Source: an uncultured Gemmatimonadales bacterium (GTDB lineage: Bacteria > Gemmatimonadota > Gemmatimonadetes > Gemmatimonadales > GWC2-71-9). Taken from it: a stretch of DNA of 64,000 nt. This document shows, one piece after another, positions 31,491 to 41,183 of the stretch. Numbering within the stretch: position 1 is the first letter of the stretch; each line of letters starts with the position of its first letter. The translations under genes and the position numbers were made by a program. The notes beneath the pieces are model-generated. The model saw nothing but the letters and a program-made list of their open reading frames with translations. It did no database searches and had not been told where the DNA came from. The stretch spans positions 1 through 64,000 of the forward strand of contig CAVYSW010000006.1 in assembly GCA_963771275.1 (NCBI GenBank), in the 5' to 3' direction.

Positions 31491-33148
31491 CTACCCCCCT
31501 CCCGCATCGGCAGCCGGATCCCGTGGCGCCGCGCCGTCTCGAGCGCGAGATCGTAGCCCGCGTCGGCATGGCGTGCGATCCCGATCGCCGGATCGTTGGT
31601 GAGCACACGCTCCAATCGGCGCGCGGCTGCGTCGGTGCCGTCGGCGACGATCACCTGGCCCGCGTGGAGGCTGTTGCCGATCCCCACCCCGCCGCCGTGA
31701 TGGAACGACACCCACGACGCGCCGGACGCCGTGTTGAGCAACGCGTTCAGGATCGGCCAGTCGGCGATGGCGTCCGAGCCGTCCTTCATCGCCTCGGTCT
31801 CGCGGAACGGCGACGCCACCGAGCCCGTGTCGAGGTGGTCGCGCCCGATCACGACGGGCGCCGAGAGCTCGCCCGCCTTCACGAGGTCGTTGAGGGCGAG
31901 CCCGAAACGGGCCCGCTCCCCCATTCCCAGCCAGCAGATCCGGGCCGGCAGCCCCTGGAACGCGACCCGCTCGGAGGCGATGCGAATCCAGTTGGCCAGG
32001 TGACGGTTCTCCGGGAACAGCTCGAGCACCAGCCGGTCGGTGCGGTGGAGGTCGCGCACGTCACCCGAGAGCACCACCCAGCGGAACGGGCCTTTCCCTT
32101 CGCAGAACAACGGGCGCACGTACTCGGGCACGTAGCCCGGGATGTCGAACGCGTCCGCGACGCCCGCGTCGAGCGCCTCCGTGCGGATGTTGTTGCCGTA
32201 GTCGAACGCGACCGCCCCGCCACGCTGCAGGTCGAGCATGGCGCGGACGTGCGCCACGATCGACGCCCGGGCGCGCCGCACGTATTCCTCCGGCTCGCGG
32301 CGCCGCAGCTCGGCCGCCGCCGCCAGGGTCAGTCCGGCCGGGATGTACCCGTTGAGCGGATCGTGCGCCGAAGTCTGATCGGTCAGCACGTCCGGCATCC
32401 AGCCGCGCCGCACGATCTCCGGCAGCACCTCGGCGCAGTTGCCTGGCAGCCCCACGGACAGGGCCTTCCGTGCGGCCTTGGCGCGCTCCACCTGCTCGAT
32501 CGCCTCGTCGAGCGAGCGCGCGGCCACGTCGAGGTAGCGGGTGGCGAGCCGGCGCTCGATGCGCGCCGGGTCCACCTCCACCGCGAGCATCACGCCCCCG
32601 TTCATCGTGGCGGCGAGCGGCTGCGCGCCACCCATGCCCCCCAGCCCCCCGGTGAGCACGGTGCGGCCCGCCAGCGTCCCGCCGAAGTGCCGCCGCCCGA
32701 CCGCCCCGAACGTCTCGTACGTGCCCTGGAGAATCCCCTGCGTCCCGATGTAGATCCAGCTGCCGGCCGTCATCTGCCCGAACATGATGAGGCCGGCCCG
32801 CTCGAGCTCGCGGAACTTGTCCCAGGTGGCCCACCGGCCCACGAGGTTCGCGTTCGCGATCAGCACGCGCGGCGCGTCCGGGTGCGTGCGGAACACGCCG
32901 ACCGGCTTCCCCGACTGCACGAGCAGGGTCTCGTCGTTTTCCAGGGTGCGGAGCGTGCGGCAGATCGCGTCGAAGCAGGGCCAGTCCCGCGCGGCCTTGC
33001 CCGTGCCGCCGTACACCACCAGATCCTGCGGTCGCTCGGCGACGTCCGGATCGAGGTTGTTCATCAGCATGCGCAGCGCCGCTTCCTGGATCCATCCCTT
33101 GCACGACAGGTCGGTTCCGCGTGGCGCCCGCACCGTTCGGGTCGTCAT
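31487..33148 (-). CDS. hutU: Urocanate hydratase
   Basis: [43 protein letters not shown]. Confidence 0.98.
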   Translation of the reverse strand: MTTRTVRAPRGTDLSCKGWIQEAALRMLMNNLDPDVAERPQDLVVYGGTGKAARDWPCFDAICRTLRTLENDETLLVQSGKPVGVFRTHPDAPRVLIANANLVGRWATWDKFRELERAGLIMFGQMTAGSWIYIGTQGILQGTYETFGAVGRRHFGGTLAGRTVLTGGLGGMGGAQPLAATMNGGVMLAVEVDPARIERRLATRYLDVAARSLDEAIEQVERAKAARKALSVGLPGNCAEVLPEIVRRGWMPDVLTDQTSAHDPLNGYIPAGLTLAAAAELRRREPEEYVRRARASIVAHVRAMLDLQRGGAVAFDYGNNIRTEALDAGVADAFDIPGYVPEYVRPLFCEGKGPFRWVVLSGDVRDLHRTDRLVLELFPENRHLANWIRIASERVAFQGLPARICWLGMGERARFGLALNDLVKAGELSAPVVIGRDHLDTGSVASPFRETEAMKDGSDAIADWPILNALLNTASGASWVSFHHGGGVGIGNSLHAGQVIVADGTDAAARRLERVLTNDPAIGIARHADAGYDLALETARRHGIRLPMREGGS

Positions 33149-34668
33149 AGCAGCGTCTCCCTGGCCGTCAGCATGAACAGGGCTTCGAGGTCCGGGCTGA
33201 GCACGCGATCGGCCGCCAGCGGCGCCACCACCTTGCGGACCCGCGCGTGGAGCCGCTCGACCCCACGCCCCGGCCGGAGCGGCTTGCGGTACTCGAGGGC
33301 CTGCGCCGCGCACAGCAGCTCCGCCGCCACGACGCGCTGCGCGTTGGCGAGCACGCGGCGGGTCTTGTGGGCCGCGGCCATCCCCATCGGCACGACGTCC
33401 TCCTGGCTCGCGCTCGTCGGGATGGACTGCACGCTGGCCGCCGTGCAGAGAGACCGCGCCTCCGCGACCAGCGACGCCGCGGTGATCTGCACCATCATGA
33501 GACCGGAGTCCACCCCAGGCCGGGCGGCGAGAAACGCGGGCAGCCCGTCGGACAGATCGGGATTGAGCAGCCGCTCCACCCGTCGCTCGGCGATGCCGGC
33601 CAGCGTCGTGAGCGCGATCGCCAGCACGTCGAGCGCCAGCGCCACCGGTTGGCCGTGGAAGTTGCCACCCGACAGGATGGCGTCCTCGAACACCAGCGGG
33701 TTGTCGGTCGAGGCGTTGAGCTCGACGATCGCGATGCCGGCCGCGAACTCGACGGCGTCGTGCACCGGGCCAAGCACCTGCGGGGTGCAGCGCAGGCTGT
33801 AGGCGTCCTGCACGCGGGGATCATCGTGGCGGTGCGACTCCCGGATCTCGCTGTCCGCCAGCAGCTCGCGCAGCAGCGCCGCCGAGGCGAGCTGTCCCGG
33901 GTGGGGCCGCGCCCGGTGGATGCGCTCGTCGAACGGCTCCGGGGTGCCGCGCAGCGCCTCGAGCGACATGGCCGCCGCGCCATGCGCCGTGCGCCACAGG
34001 CGCCGTGCGTCGTGAACCAGCAGTGCCAGCACGGCCGTCTGCACCTGCGTGCCGTTGACCAGCGCCACGCCCTCCTTGGCCTCGAGGCGCAGCGGCGCAA
34101 TCCCGGCCCGCCGGAGCGCGTCCCGCGCCGGCATGCGCGTCGCGGGCGCCGTCGCGTCGTCGGGACGCCGCACATCCACGTCCCCCTCACCCAGCAGCGC
34201 CAGCGCGATGTGCGCGAGCGGAGCGAGATCGCCCGACGCCCCAACGCTCCCCTGCTCCGGCACCACCGGATGGATCCCGGCGTTGAGCAGCAGCACGAGG
34301 TGCTCGGCGACTTCCGGGCGGGCACCGCTGGTTTCCCGCAGCAGCACGTTCGCCCGCAGCACCATCGCGGCGCGCACCACGTCTTCGGGCAGCGGCGCGC
34401 CCACCCCGGCCGCATGGCTCAGGATCAGGTTGCGCTGCAGCTCGCGCAGCTGCTCCGGCGGAATCCGCACGTTGGCGAGCTTGCCGAACCCCGTGTTCAC
34501 CGCATAGATGGTGGCGCCGCTCGCGAGGGCGCCCTCGATCCGCTCACGCGACCGGACGGCCCGTCGCGCCGCCTCGGGGGCGATCGTCACGGGGGCGAAG
34601 TCCCGCGCGACGGCCACGACGCCCGCGATCGTGAGGGAGGCACCGTCGAGCGTGATGGGTGGAGGCAT
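33145..34668 (-). CDS. hutH: Histidine ammonia-lyase
   Basis: [17 protein letters not shown] (MIO ASG), [14 protein letters not shown]. Confidence 0.97.
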   Translation of the reverse strand: MPPPITLDGASLTIAGVVAVARDFAPVTIAPEAARRAVRSRERIEGALASGATIYAVNTGFGKLANVRIPPEQLRELQRNLILSHAAGVGAPLPEDVVRAAMVLRANVLLRETSGARPEVAEHLVLLLNAGIHPVVPEQGSVGASGDLAPLAHIALALLGEGDVDVRRPDDATAPATRMPARDALRRAGIAPLRLEAKEGVALVNGTQVQTAVLALLVHDARRLWRTAHGAAAMSLEALRGTPEPFDERIHRARPHPGQLASAALLRELLADSEIRESHRHDDPRVQDAYSLRCTPQVLGPVHDAVEFAAGIAIVELNASTDNPLVFEDAILSGGNFHGQPVALALDVLAIALTTLAGIAERRVERLLNPDLSDGLPAFLAARPGVDSGLMMVQITAASLVAEARSLCTAASVQSIPTSASQEDVVPMGMAAAHKTRRVLANAQRVVAAELLCAAQALEYRKPLRPGRGVERLHARVRKVVAPLAADRVLSPDLEALFMLTARETLL

Positions 34669-34716
34669 GACGGTAAGTTAGACGACGGGCCGCAGCTTGC
34701 GCGAGTCGCGCGGCTG

Positions 34717-34810
34717 CTCAATGTCCAATGGTCAATGGCCGAATAGCCGACGGCTTTCGGCCATCGGCTATCGGCTATCGGCTTTCGGCTACCGGGTGTC
34801 GGCTACCGGC
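34717..34810. repeat. Composite heptamer inverted-repeat element
   Basis: (NYCAATG)x3 plus GCCGA units, then about eight TATCGGC-like units at 34755-34810; the lipoprotein TAG (34803-34805) lies at the outermost unit. Confidence 0.85.
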
Positions 34811-35960
34811 GCCGTACCACCACCGCGCCCTGCGCCTCGCTGGTCGTGAGCCCGCCGTGGACCTGGAGCTCGGGGTTCCCCGGGTCGGTCTGGTAGCTCC
34901 AGTCGAAGATGACGAAGTTCTGCCCCACATGCGTCGGCCGGATGGCGCCGTAGCGGGCGAAACTGTCGCCGCCATCCATCTCGAACACGTAGCCGAACCC
35001 AGGCTGCGCCAGCAGCTGCGTCGAGCCGAAGCCCGACAGCGGGGCGATGTCAATCGACGTGAGGTCGTCGACCGGGCTCAAGCCGTACTGCGTCACGGTG
35101 GCCTGCGCCGGCGCAACGAACAGCTGCTGGGTTCCTGGGTCGCGGTGAATCGTGAAATCCGACGCGGTCGACGCGGCGCCCACGAGCCCGAGCTCGCCCG
35201 GATCCACCTGCCCGTTGCCGTTCAGGTCCTGGAAGAAGCGGAACCCGGCCTGGCTCTGGTTCACGGCGTCGGCGTAGATCACCACGTTGCGCGCGTCGGG
35301 GCGCGGCGTGTCGAACCGCAGCGGCGACCACAGGCTCTCCCAGCCCTCGATGCTCTCGGCCGACACCCCGAAGCAGCGCGGTACGCCGTTCTCGAGCGCC
35401 GCGGCGATGAACTCCGGAGACACCGTCGTCCCCTCCAGCGCCCAGGTCGCGTCGCACAGATTCTGGTCGATCGAGTACCCCGTGCTGTAGACGCGGTACT
35501 CCATGAAGCCGCTCGGCTCCGAGGTAAACGGCGTGTCGTCCCACGCCAGGTAGATCGCGCCGTTGAGCGAGGTGCTGGTGAGGTACGTCGGCGCGCTGAG
35601 CCGCAGGCGCTCGTCCACCTCCACCTCGGTGAGGGCGCTCTCATCCCCGCTCGTGCTCACCGCCGACACGGCGTAGTCCAAGTCGGGGATGCCCGCGTCG
35701 TGGAACGTCGTGGACGTGGTCTCGCCCCGCAGGTCGTACTGGCCCGATGAGCCGGGTCGCGAGTAGACACGGTAGACGGCGAGATCGCTCGCCGGCACGG
35801 GATCCCACTGGAGCAGAATACCCGCCGGCGCCTGCGGGTCGCCGCTCGCGTCGAGCACGTAGAACAGGTTCTGAGGCCGGTCGATCGTGACGACCACGAC
35901 GTCGTTGCTGCACGCCGCCGCCGCGACCAGCCCAACGAGTAGCACGGGGTATCGCATCAT
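34803..35960 (-). CDS. Hypothetical lipoprotein with fibronectin-III-like domains
   Basis: MMRYPVLLVGLVAAAAC lipobox; two LxWD...YRVY...(Y/F)xVSA....ES repeats. Confidence 0.7.
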   Translation of the reverse strand: MMRYPVLLVGLVAAAACSNDVVVVTIDRPQNLFYVLDASGDPQAPAGILLQWDPVPASDLAVYRVYSRPGSSGQYDLRGETTSTTFHDAGIPDLDYAVSAVSTSGDESALTEVEVDERLRLSAPTYLTSTSLNGAIYLAWDDTPFTSEPSGFMEYRVYSTGYSIDQNLCDATWALEGTTVSPEFIAAALENGVPRCFGVSAESIEGWESLWSPLRFDTPRPDARNVVIYADAVNQSQAGFRFFQDLNGNGQVDPGELGLVGAASTASDFTIHRDPGTQQLFVAPAQATVTQYGLSPVDDLTSIDIAPLSGFGSTQLLAQPGFGYVFEMDGGDSFARYGAIRPTHVGQNFVIFDWSYQTDPGNPELQVHGGLTTSEAQGAVVVRRR

Positions 35961-35997
35961 GACCATTCGCCTCGTGGAAGACTCCGGCACGACCAAG

Positions 35998-36013
35998 AGC
36001 ATGGGCCGTGCCC
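35998..36013 (-). promoter_or_regulatory. sigma54-type promoter
   Basis: Minus strand GGGCACGGCCCATGCT (GG-N10-GC). Confidence 0.55.
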
Positions 36014-36029
36014 GGCACTGAATGTCCAA

Positions 36030-36054
36030 TAACCAATTGCCAGTCAACAACTTA
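36030..36054. promoter_or_regulatory. 25-bp palindromic IHF-like motif
   Basis: TAA CCAA TTG CCAGT CAA CAAC TTA. Confidence 0.6.
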
Positions 36055-36145
36055 GCACAACGGACGATCACCTCATCGGTGTCCCCTTTTTCGGACGAAT
36101 CCGCACGAACCCGCACCCAGGCTCGCCCGGACGGGCAGGCCCCGT

Positions 36146-39100
36146 TTACCTGCCCTGTGTGAGCGTCTGCTGATCGTATTGCAGCTTGATATCCGGCTGG
36201 TCGAGCAGCGAGATGAAGAAGTTGAATGCGAAGTTCCCGTTGGGCGACTTGAGGAACTGGAACGTCGCGCGCCAGCGGTGCAGGTCGCGCTCGAGCCGCA
36301 CGACGTGCTGGCCGAACTGCTTCGTGGTGAGGTTGTACTGCGTGCTCCAGGAGAGGGACCAGTTCCTCGTGGGGTCGAAGGCGAACGACAGACCGAGCGT
36401 CTGGTTGTCCGTGAACGCGCTGGGGACCGACGGGCTCTCTGCGCCGGTCGGGCGCTGGCGCTGGCTATCATACGTCACCGAGAGCGAGAGCGGGCGCTTG
36501 CCGGTCCCGCGCGTGGGGCGCAGGTCGTAGTCCTGGAACCGGTCTCCTCTGGACGTCGGGATCAGGCTCGGGGTGACGGCCGTATCGAGCGGCTCAGGGC
36601 GCTCCTCGTCGGTCGACGGGGTCGGGCCGTGCCCCGTGATCAGCCCAACGATGCTGCTGAACGTCCGCTGCGACACAGTGAATCGCGCCGAGACGTGGCT
36701 GAGGAACGGGGCGAACTTGGCGCTGTCGGTGCCCACCGGTCCGTCCCACAGATCGTGCGTGATCCCCAGCGAGAAGCCGGGCAGCAGGTCCGAGGTGAAC
36801 TGGTTGCTGATCGACGACGTGACCCACCCGGTGCGACCCTCTTCCTTCGCCTGCTCGAAATCGTAGCTGAGATCCGACGTCTGAATGCCGAGCAGCTTGA
36901 CCTTGCGGGCGTTGGCGGGGTCGGTGGTCGTGTCGCCCGGGGCCGGGCGCAGCTTGCCCTCGAGGTTCTGCGTCAGGCCGAACGAGATCCGATGCTGCGC
37001 GGGGCTGCGCAGCTGCGGGGTCCTGCCCGGTCCCGCGAGGGCGCGCGCGTACTCTTCGGGCACGTTCGCCGCCGGCGCGTAGCTCCAGCGGATGACCGGC
37101 GAGATCTTGTGGCGCATCCGGCTGATCGGTCCCACGCCGGGAAAGAAGCCGAAGAAGCTCGGCGAGATCCCGGCCCCGAAGGAGAGCCGCTTCCCCTGAC
37201 GGACGAACGACCCGTTCGTGTAGCGGTTCCGCAGCATGAACGCGCCACTCGTGCTGTTCTGGATGCCGATCGTCGGCTGGAGCTTCCACGTGGCCGGGAA
37301 CAGGGCGGGCAGACCGAAACCCGTGCTCCAGTCCACCGACGTGGCAAAGCTCAGGCCGAAGAACGTGTACGTGGTGTCGCTCGGGTCGTTGGGGTCCACG
37401 GTCAGCACGCTGTCACGCCCTTCGCGCATCTCGTCGTGCACCGAGATGCTGTTCTGCCAGTTCCACCCGCCGATGCGAAACGGCGTGCTCAGCTGCAGGT
37501 CGGTGGCGCGGTTCTGGAAGAAGATCGAGTCGACCGGAATCACCGTGTCACCCGGAAGAGGCGGGATCGGTATCGTCCTGGAGAACTGGTGCGACGCGCG
37601 GGAGTTGGTGAACGTGAGACTCGGTGACCACGTGACGAAGCTCGCGAGGTCGATCGGCATCGGACTCAGCGTCAGCGTGGGGAGCGTCTGCGTGACCCCT
37701 CCGTTGGTGAGATCCTGCTGCAGCGATCCGCCGAGCGACAGCGTGCCCCAGCCGAACACCTTGGAGAAGTTGATGGCGCTGTTCAGCTTGGCGGTCGCGA
37801 CGTAGGGATCCACCGTGTTGCGCTCCACCACCCGCGCGCTGGTGACGTAGTCCACGCTCGCCGCGAGCCGGGTGCGGACGTTGAAGTTCTGGTCGTGGCG
37901 CCACTGCACCCCAAGCGAGCGGCCACCCGGTCCGGCGTCGGTGCCATGCTCCCACAGACGCGTGAGGGCGATGCCCCCCTGGAGGAACCGGTCCAGCCAG
38001 CGGTAGCGAAACTGGCCGTTCAAGGAGGTGGAGGTCCCGGCATACCAGTCCATCGACGCCTGGAAGTCGAGGTAGTCGCTGAGGGCGAAGTAGTACCCGA
38101 CGTTGGTCACGTGGCGGGCGTACCCCTGATTGGGACGCACCAGGTCGTTGATCCCGAAGCGCGGCACGAGCATGCCGCTGCGACGGCCGGGACGCATGTC
38201 CTGGAAGATGAACGGCAGCCAGAGCACCGGGACATCCCGCACGTACAGCACCACGGGCCTGGCGATCAGAATCGTGTTGTTCACCCACTTCACCGAGCCG
38301 GCCCGGAAGTGGTAGTGCGGGATCGGCAGCTCGCAGCTCGTCAGATCGCTGCTGCGGGCGAACAGACGCACGGACGCGGAGTCGATGGAGAGCCCGCCGC
38401 GAAGGAACCAGTCCACACCCGACTGGACGAAGTTGGTGAGCGCCTCGTCCACGAAACCGCGGCGCTCGCAGGTGTCGTAGCGCATCTGGTGCCCCACCAG
38501 CACGGTGCCCTTCTGAAACAGCGTCGGCCGGCCGCGCGCCAGCAGCTCGCAGCGGGCCTGGCGAAACCGCACGGTGTCGGCCTCGAGGGTCGCGCCCTCC
38601 TGCTCGACGAGGCCCTGCCCCACCAGCGCCACCGCCTGGGAATCGGCGAACAGGGTGACGCTGTCGGCGGCGTAGCGGACGATCTTGTACGCGGTGTCTG
38701 CGAGCAGGGCGCGGATGATGGAGTCGGCCTCGGGGAAGGAGCGGGTGGGCGCGGTGGGAAGCCCCAGTTGCCGGGCCGCCGCCGTATCGAGGCCCTGTCC
38801 CGGTCCCGCGCGGGCGCGCAGGCTGTCCTGGGCGACGACCCGCGTCGAGTCGGCGCGCGGCGGCCGGGGCGGCCGCTGCGCGTGCAGGACCCCGGGAGCC
38901 GCCAGCGCCACCAGCACCAGGAGACCAGCCACCCCCCCGAGCTTGGGCTGCTGCCGCGCCTTCCAGACGATCCGCGCGATGAGGACCCCACCCTCGTAGA
39001 GCAGGATCAGCGGGATCAGCAGCATCATCATCGAGAGGGCGTCGGGCGGCGTCAGGATCGCCGCGACGATCGACGCGATCACCAGGGCGATGGGCCGGTT

Positions 39101-39685
39101 GCGGGCGAAGAACTTCGGGTTCACCAGCCCGAATGCCGCGAGCAGCACGATCACCAGCGGCAGCTCGAACATCACGCCAAACGCGAGCACGAGCTGGGCG
39201 GCAAACCCGAAGTACTCGTCGGCCGTGATGATCGACTCGAGATCGGCCCGCTGGAAGCTGAACAGGATCCTCAGCGCCGCAGGCAGGACCCATTCGTACG
39301 CGATCGACACCCCGACCACGAACAGCACCAGCCCGGCGAACAGGGCCGGCACGACGAACCGCTTCTCGCGCTGGTACAAGGCCGGAGAGAAGAACGCCCA
39401 CACCTGCCAGATGACGATCGGCGCCGCCAGCACGATGCCGACGAGCGCCGCGAGCTTGAGCGTGATGATGAACGCATCGGTGGGGCGGGTGATGAACAGC
39501 TTGCCGTCCGGCAGAAACGGCGCGATCGGGCGCTTGAGCAGCGACAGGACATCGAAATGCTGTACCACCAGGAAGCCGATGAGCGTACCGGCGATGACCG
39601 CGGTGAGGCTCCAGAGGATGCGCCACCGCAGCTCTTCCAGGTGATCCAGGAAGGGCATTTCGCCCCGCGTGCGCGCTTCGTCCAT
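36146..39685 (-). CDS. tatC: TatC fused to an LptD-like LPS-assembly outer-membrane protein
   Basis: aa 1-241 are TatC (MPFLDHLEELR, PALY..EKR, FELP, LTPPD, LYE). aa 242-269 resemble a signal peptide. The remainder is LptD-like (TSC..P.PHYHF, LWLPF, RRSGML.PRFG, GYYFALSDY.D, RDLHRW). Confidence 0.88.
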   Translation of the reverse strand: MDEARTRGEMPFLDHLEELRWRILWSLTAVIAGTLIGFLVVQHFDVLSLLKRPIAPFLPDGKLFITRPTDAFIITLKLAALVGIVLAAPIVIWQVWAFFSPALYQREKRFVVPALFAGLVLFVVGVSIAYEWVLPAALRILFSFQRADLESIITADEYFGFAAQLVLAFGVMFELPLVIVLLAAFGLVNPKFFARNRPIALVIASIVAAILTPPDALSMMMLLIPLILLYEGGVLIARIVWKARQQPKLGGVAGLLVLVALAAPGVLHAQRPPRPPRADSTRVVAQDSLRARAGPGQGLDTAAARQLGLPTAPTRSFPEADSIIRALLADTAYKIVRYAADSVTLFADSQAVALVGQGLVEQEGATLEADTVRFRQARCELLARGRPTLFQKGTVLVGHQMRYDTCERRGFVDEALTNFVQSGVDWFLRGGLSIDSASVRLFARSSDLTSCELPIPHYHFRAGSVKWVNNTILIARPVVLYVRDVPVLWLPFIFQDMRPGRRSGMLVPRFGINDLVRPNQGYARHVTNVGYYFALSDYLDFQASMDWYAGTSTSLNGQFRYRWLDRFLQGGIALTRLWEHGTDAGPGGRSLGVQWRHDQNFNVRTRLAASVDYVTSARVVERNTVDPYVATAKLNSAINFSKVFGWGTLSLGGSLQQDLTNGGVTQTLPTLTLSPMPIDLASFVTWSPSLTFTNSRASHQFSRTIPIPPLPGDTVIPVDSIFFQNRATDLQLSTPFRIGGWNWQNSISVHDEMREGRDSVLTVDPNDPSDTTYTFFGLSFATSVDWSTGFGLPALFPATWKLQPTIGIQNSTSGAFMLRNRYTNGSFVRQGKRLSFGAGISPSFFGFFPGVGPISRMRHKISPVIRWSYAPAANVPEEYARALAGPGRTPQLRSPAQHRISFGLTQNLEGKLRPAPGDTTTDPANARKVKLLGIQTSDLSYDFEQAKEEGRTGWVTSSISNQFTSDLLPGFSLGITHDLWDGPVGTDSAKFAPFLSHVSARFTVSQRTFSSIVGLITGHGPTPSTDEERPEPLDTAVTPSLIPTSRGDRFQDYDLRPTRGTGKRPLSLSVTYDSQRQRPTGAESPSVPSAFTDNQTLGLSFAFDPTRNWSLSWSTQYNLTTKQFGQHVVRLERDLHRWRATFQFLKSPNGNFAFNFFISLLDQPDIKLQYDQQTLTQGR

Positions 39686-39713
39686 TCGGGGAAGTACGCC
39701 GCCTGAGCGGCGC

Positions 39714-40484
39714 CTAGGGAGTCGCCTTCAGCTTCTCGCGGGCCAGAACCGCCTCATCCGAGCGCGGATATTCGGCCAGCACCCGCTCGTAGTACCCCTT
39801 CGCGGCCGCCCGGTCCCCGCGCCGCTCCGCCATGAGGCCGAGCTTGTAGAGGGCGGTGGGCGCGCGGATCGACCTGGGGTAACCCCGGATGACCGCCTCG
39901 TAGGCCGCGGCCGCGGAATCCGTGTTGCTCCCGGCCCAGCTCTCGCCCAGGAAGTACAGGGCGTCCGGGACCCGTCCGTGGCTGGGGTAGGCCTGCAGTA
40001 ACTGCTGGAGCGCCGCGCGGGCCGCCTGTGGGCTGCCACGACGCAGCTGCTGCACGCCGAGCTCGAGCAGCTGATCGGCGCTCGGCAGCGCCTCCGCCGT
40101 CGTGTCTCCCCCCGCTCCGCCCGCCGCCGGTACCGCTTGCTGCTGCCCGCGGCGCTCGATCTGGGTGCGCAGCTCCGAGAGGCGCTGCTGGCTCTGGCCC
40201 GCGAGCTCCTGCACCTGGACCAGCTGGCGCTGGATCTCGGTGAGATCGGAGCGCATGTCGCCGCGCATCACCGTGAGCCAGCGCTGCTGCGCCGTCAGGG
40301 AGTCCTGGACCGCGCCCAGCAGGGCGATCACACGTTCCAACTCGACAGCCCGCGCGGAGTCCGCGCGGGCTGTCTCGGCACGCATCTCCTGAAGCTCGCG
40401 TTCCACGCGGCGGACGTCGCCCTTGAGCGCACAACCGCTCAGGGCGACGCACGCCGCGGCAACGACGCTGTACGACCTCCTCAC
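39714..40484 (-). CDS. cpoB: Tol-Pal protein CpoB/YbgF
   Basis: Lipobox LSGC, coiled coil, C-terminal TPRs (YP.S..AP.ALYKLG); follows pal. Confidence 0.85.
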   Translation of the reverse strand: MRRSYSVVAAACVALSGCALKGDVRRVERELQEMRAETARADSARAVELERVIALLGAVQDSLTAQQRWLTVMRGDMRSDLTEIQRQLVQVQELAGQSQQRLSELRTQIERRGQQQAVPAAGGAGGDTTAEALPSADQLLELGVQQLRRGSPQAARAALQQLLQAYPSHGRVPDALYFLGESWAGSNTDSAAAAYEAVIRGYPRSIRAPTALYKLGLMAERRGDRAAAKGYYERVLAEYPRSDEAVLAREKLKATP

Positions 40485-41119
40485 ATCCCGGCGGGGGCCG
40501 TCAGCTGATCGCCCCCCGCGGTGATGGCAACCTCATCACGCCGGTTCTTGGCCCACGCGTCCTCGGTGTGTCCAGGATCGAGTGGCTGCTCTTCGCCCAG
40601 CGAGGCGGTCATGATCCGGTCCGCCGCAATGCCGCGGTTCACCATGTACTCCTTCGCGGCCAGCGCGCGGCGGTTGCCCAGGGCCAGGTTGTACTCGTCC
40701 GAGCCCCGCTCGTCACAGTTGCCCGTGATCGTGATCCGCAGCATCGGGTTCGCCTGGAGAATCGCGATCTTGGTGTCGAGCATCGCGGCATCGCCGGGGC
40801 GGATGTTCGACTTGTCGAAGTCGAAGTGGATCATCTCGCCGAGCATGCCGGCGACCCGCGCGGTCTCACGGGCGAGGGCCGCCAGGGAGTCGGCGCGACG
40901 GCGCTCCGTGGCGAGCCGCTCGGCCTCGGCCTGCGCGCGGCGAATGCTGTCCTCGCGCGCCCGGGCCGCGGCTTCCGCCCGCGCAATCGAGTCACGAATC
41001 GCCGTTGAATCCACTGCCGGCGCCGGCGGCGGCGCGGGCTTGCCGCCGCAGGCGACCGCCGCAGCGACCACGAGAACACCGAGGCTCAGCGTCAGCGGGA
41101 TGGACAGTCTCATGTGCAT
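40481..41119 (-). CDS. pal: Peptidoglycan-associated lipoprotein
   Basis: Lipobox AVAC, IHFDFDKS, GNCDERGSDEYNLALGNRRA, KNRR. Confidence 0.95.
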   Translation of the reverse strand: MHMRLSIPLTLSLGVLVVAAAVACGGKPAPPPAPAVDSTAIRDSIARAEAAARAREDSIRRAQAEAERLATERRRADSLAALARETARVAGMLGEMIHFDFDKSNIRPGDAAMLDTKIAILQANPMLRITITGNCDERGSDEYNLALGNRRALAAKEYMVNRGIAADRIMTASLGEEQPLDPGHTEDAWAKNRRDEVAITAGGDQLTAPAGM

Positions 41120-41183
41120 ACCTCAGCGTGTTGAGAGTTCAGATTCCGTACCGCACGTCAGGAGCTTGGATAGTGGCACCAAT

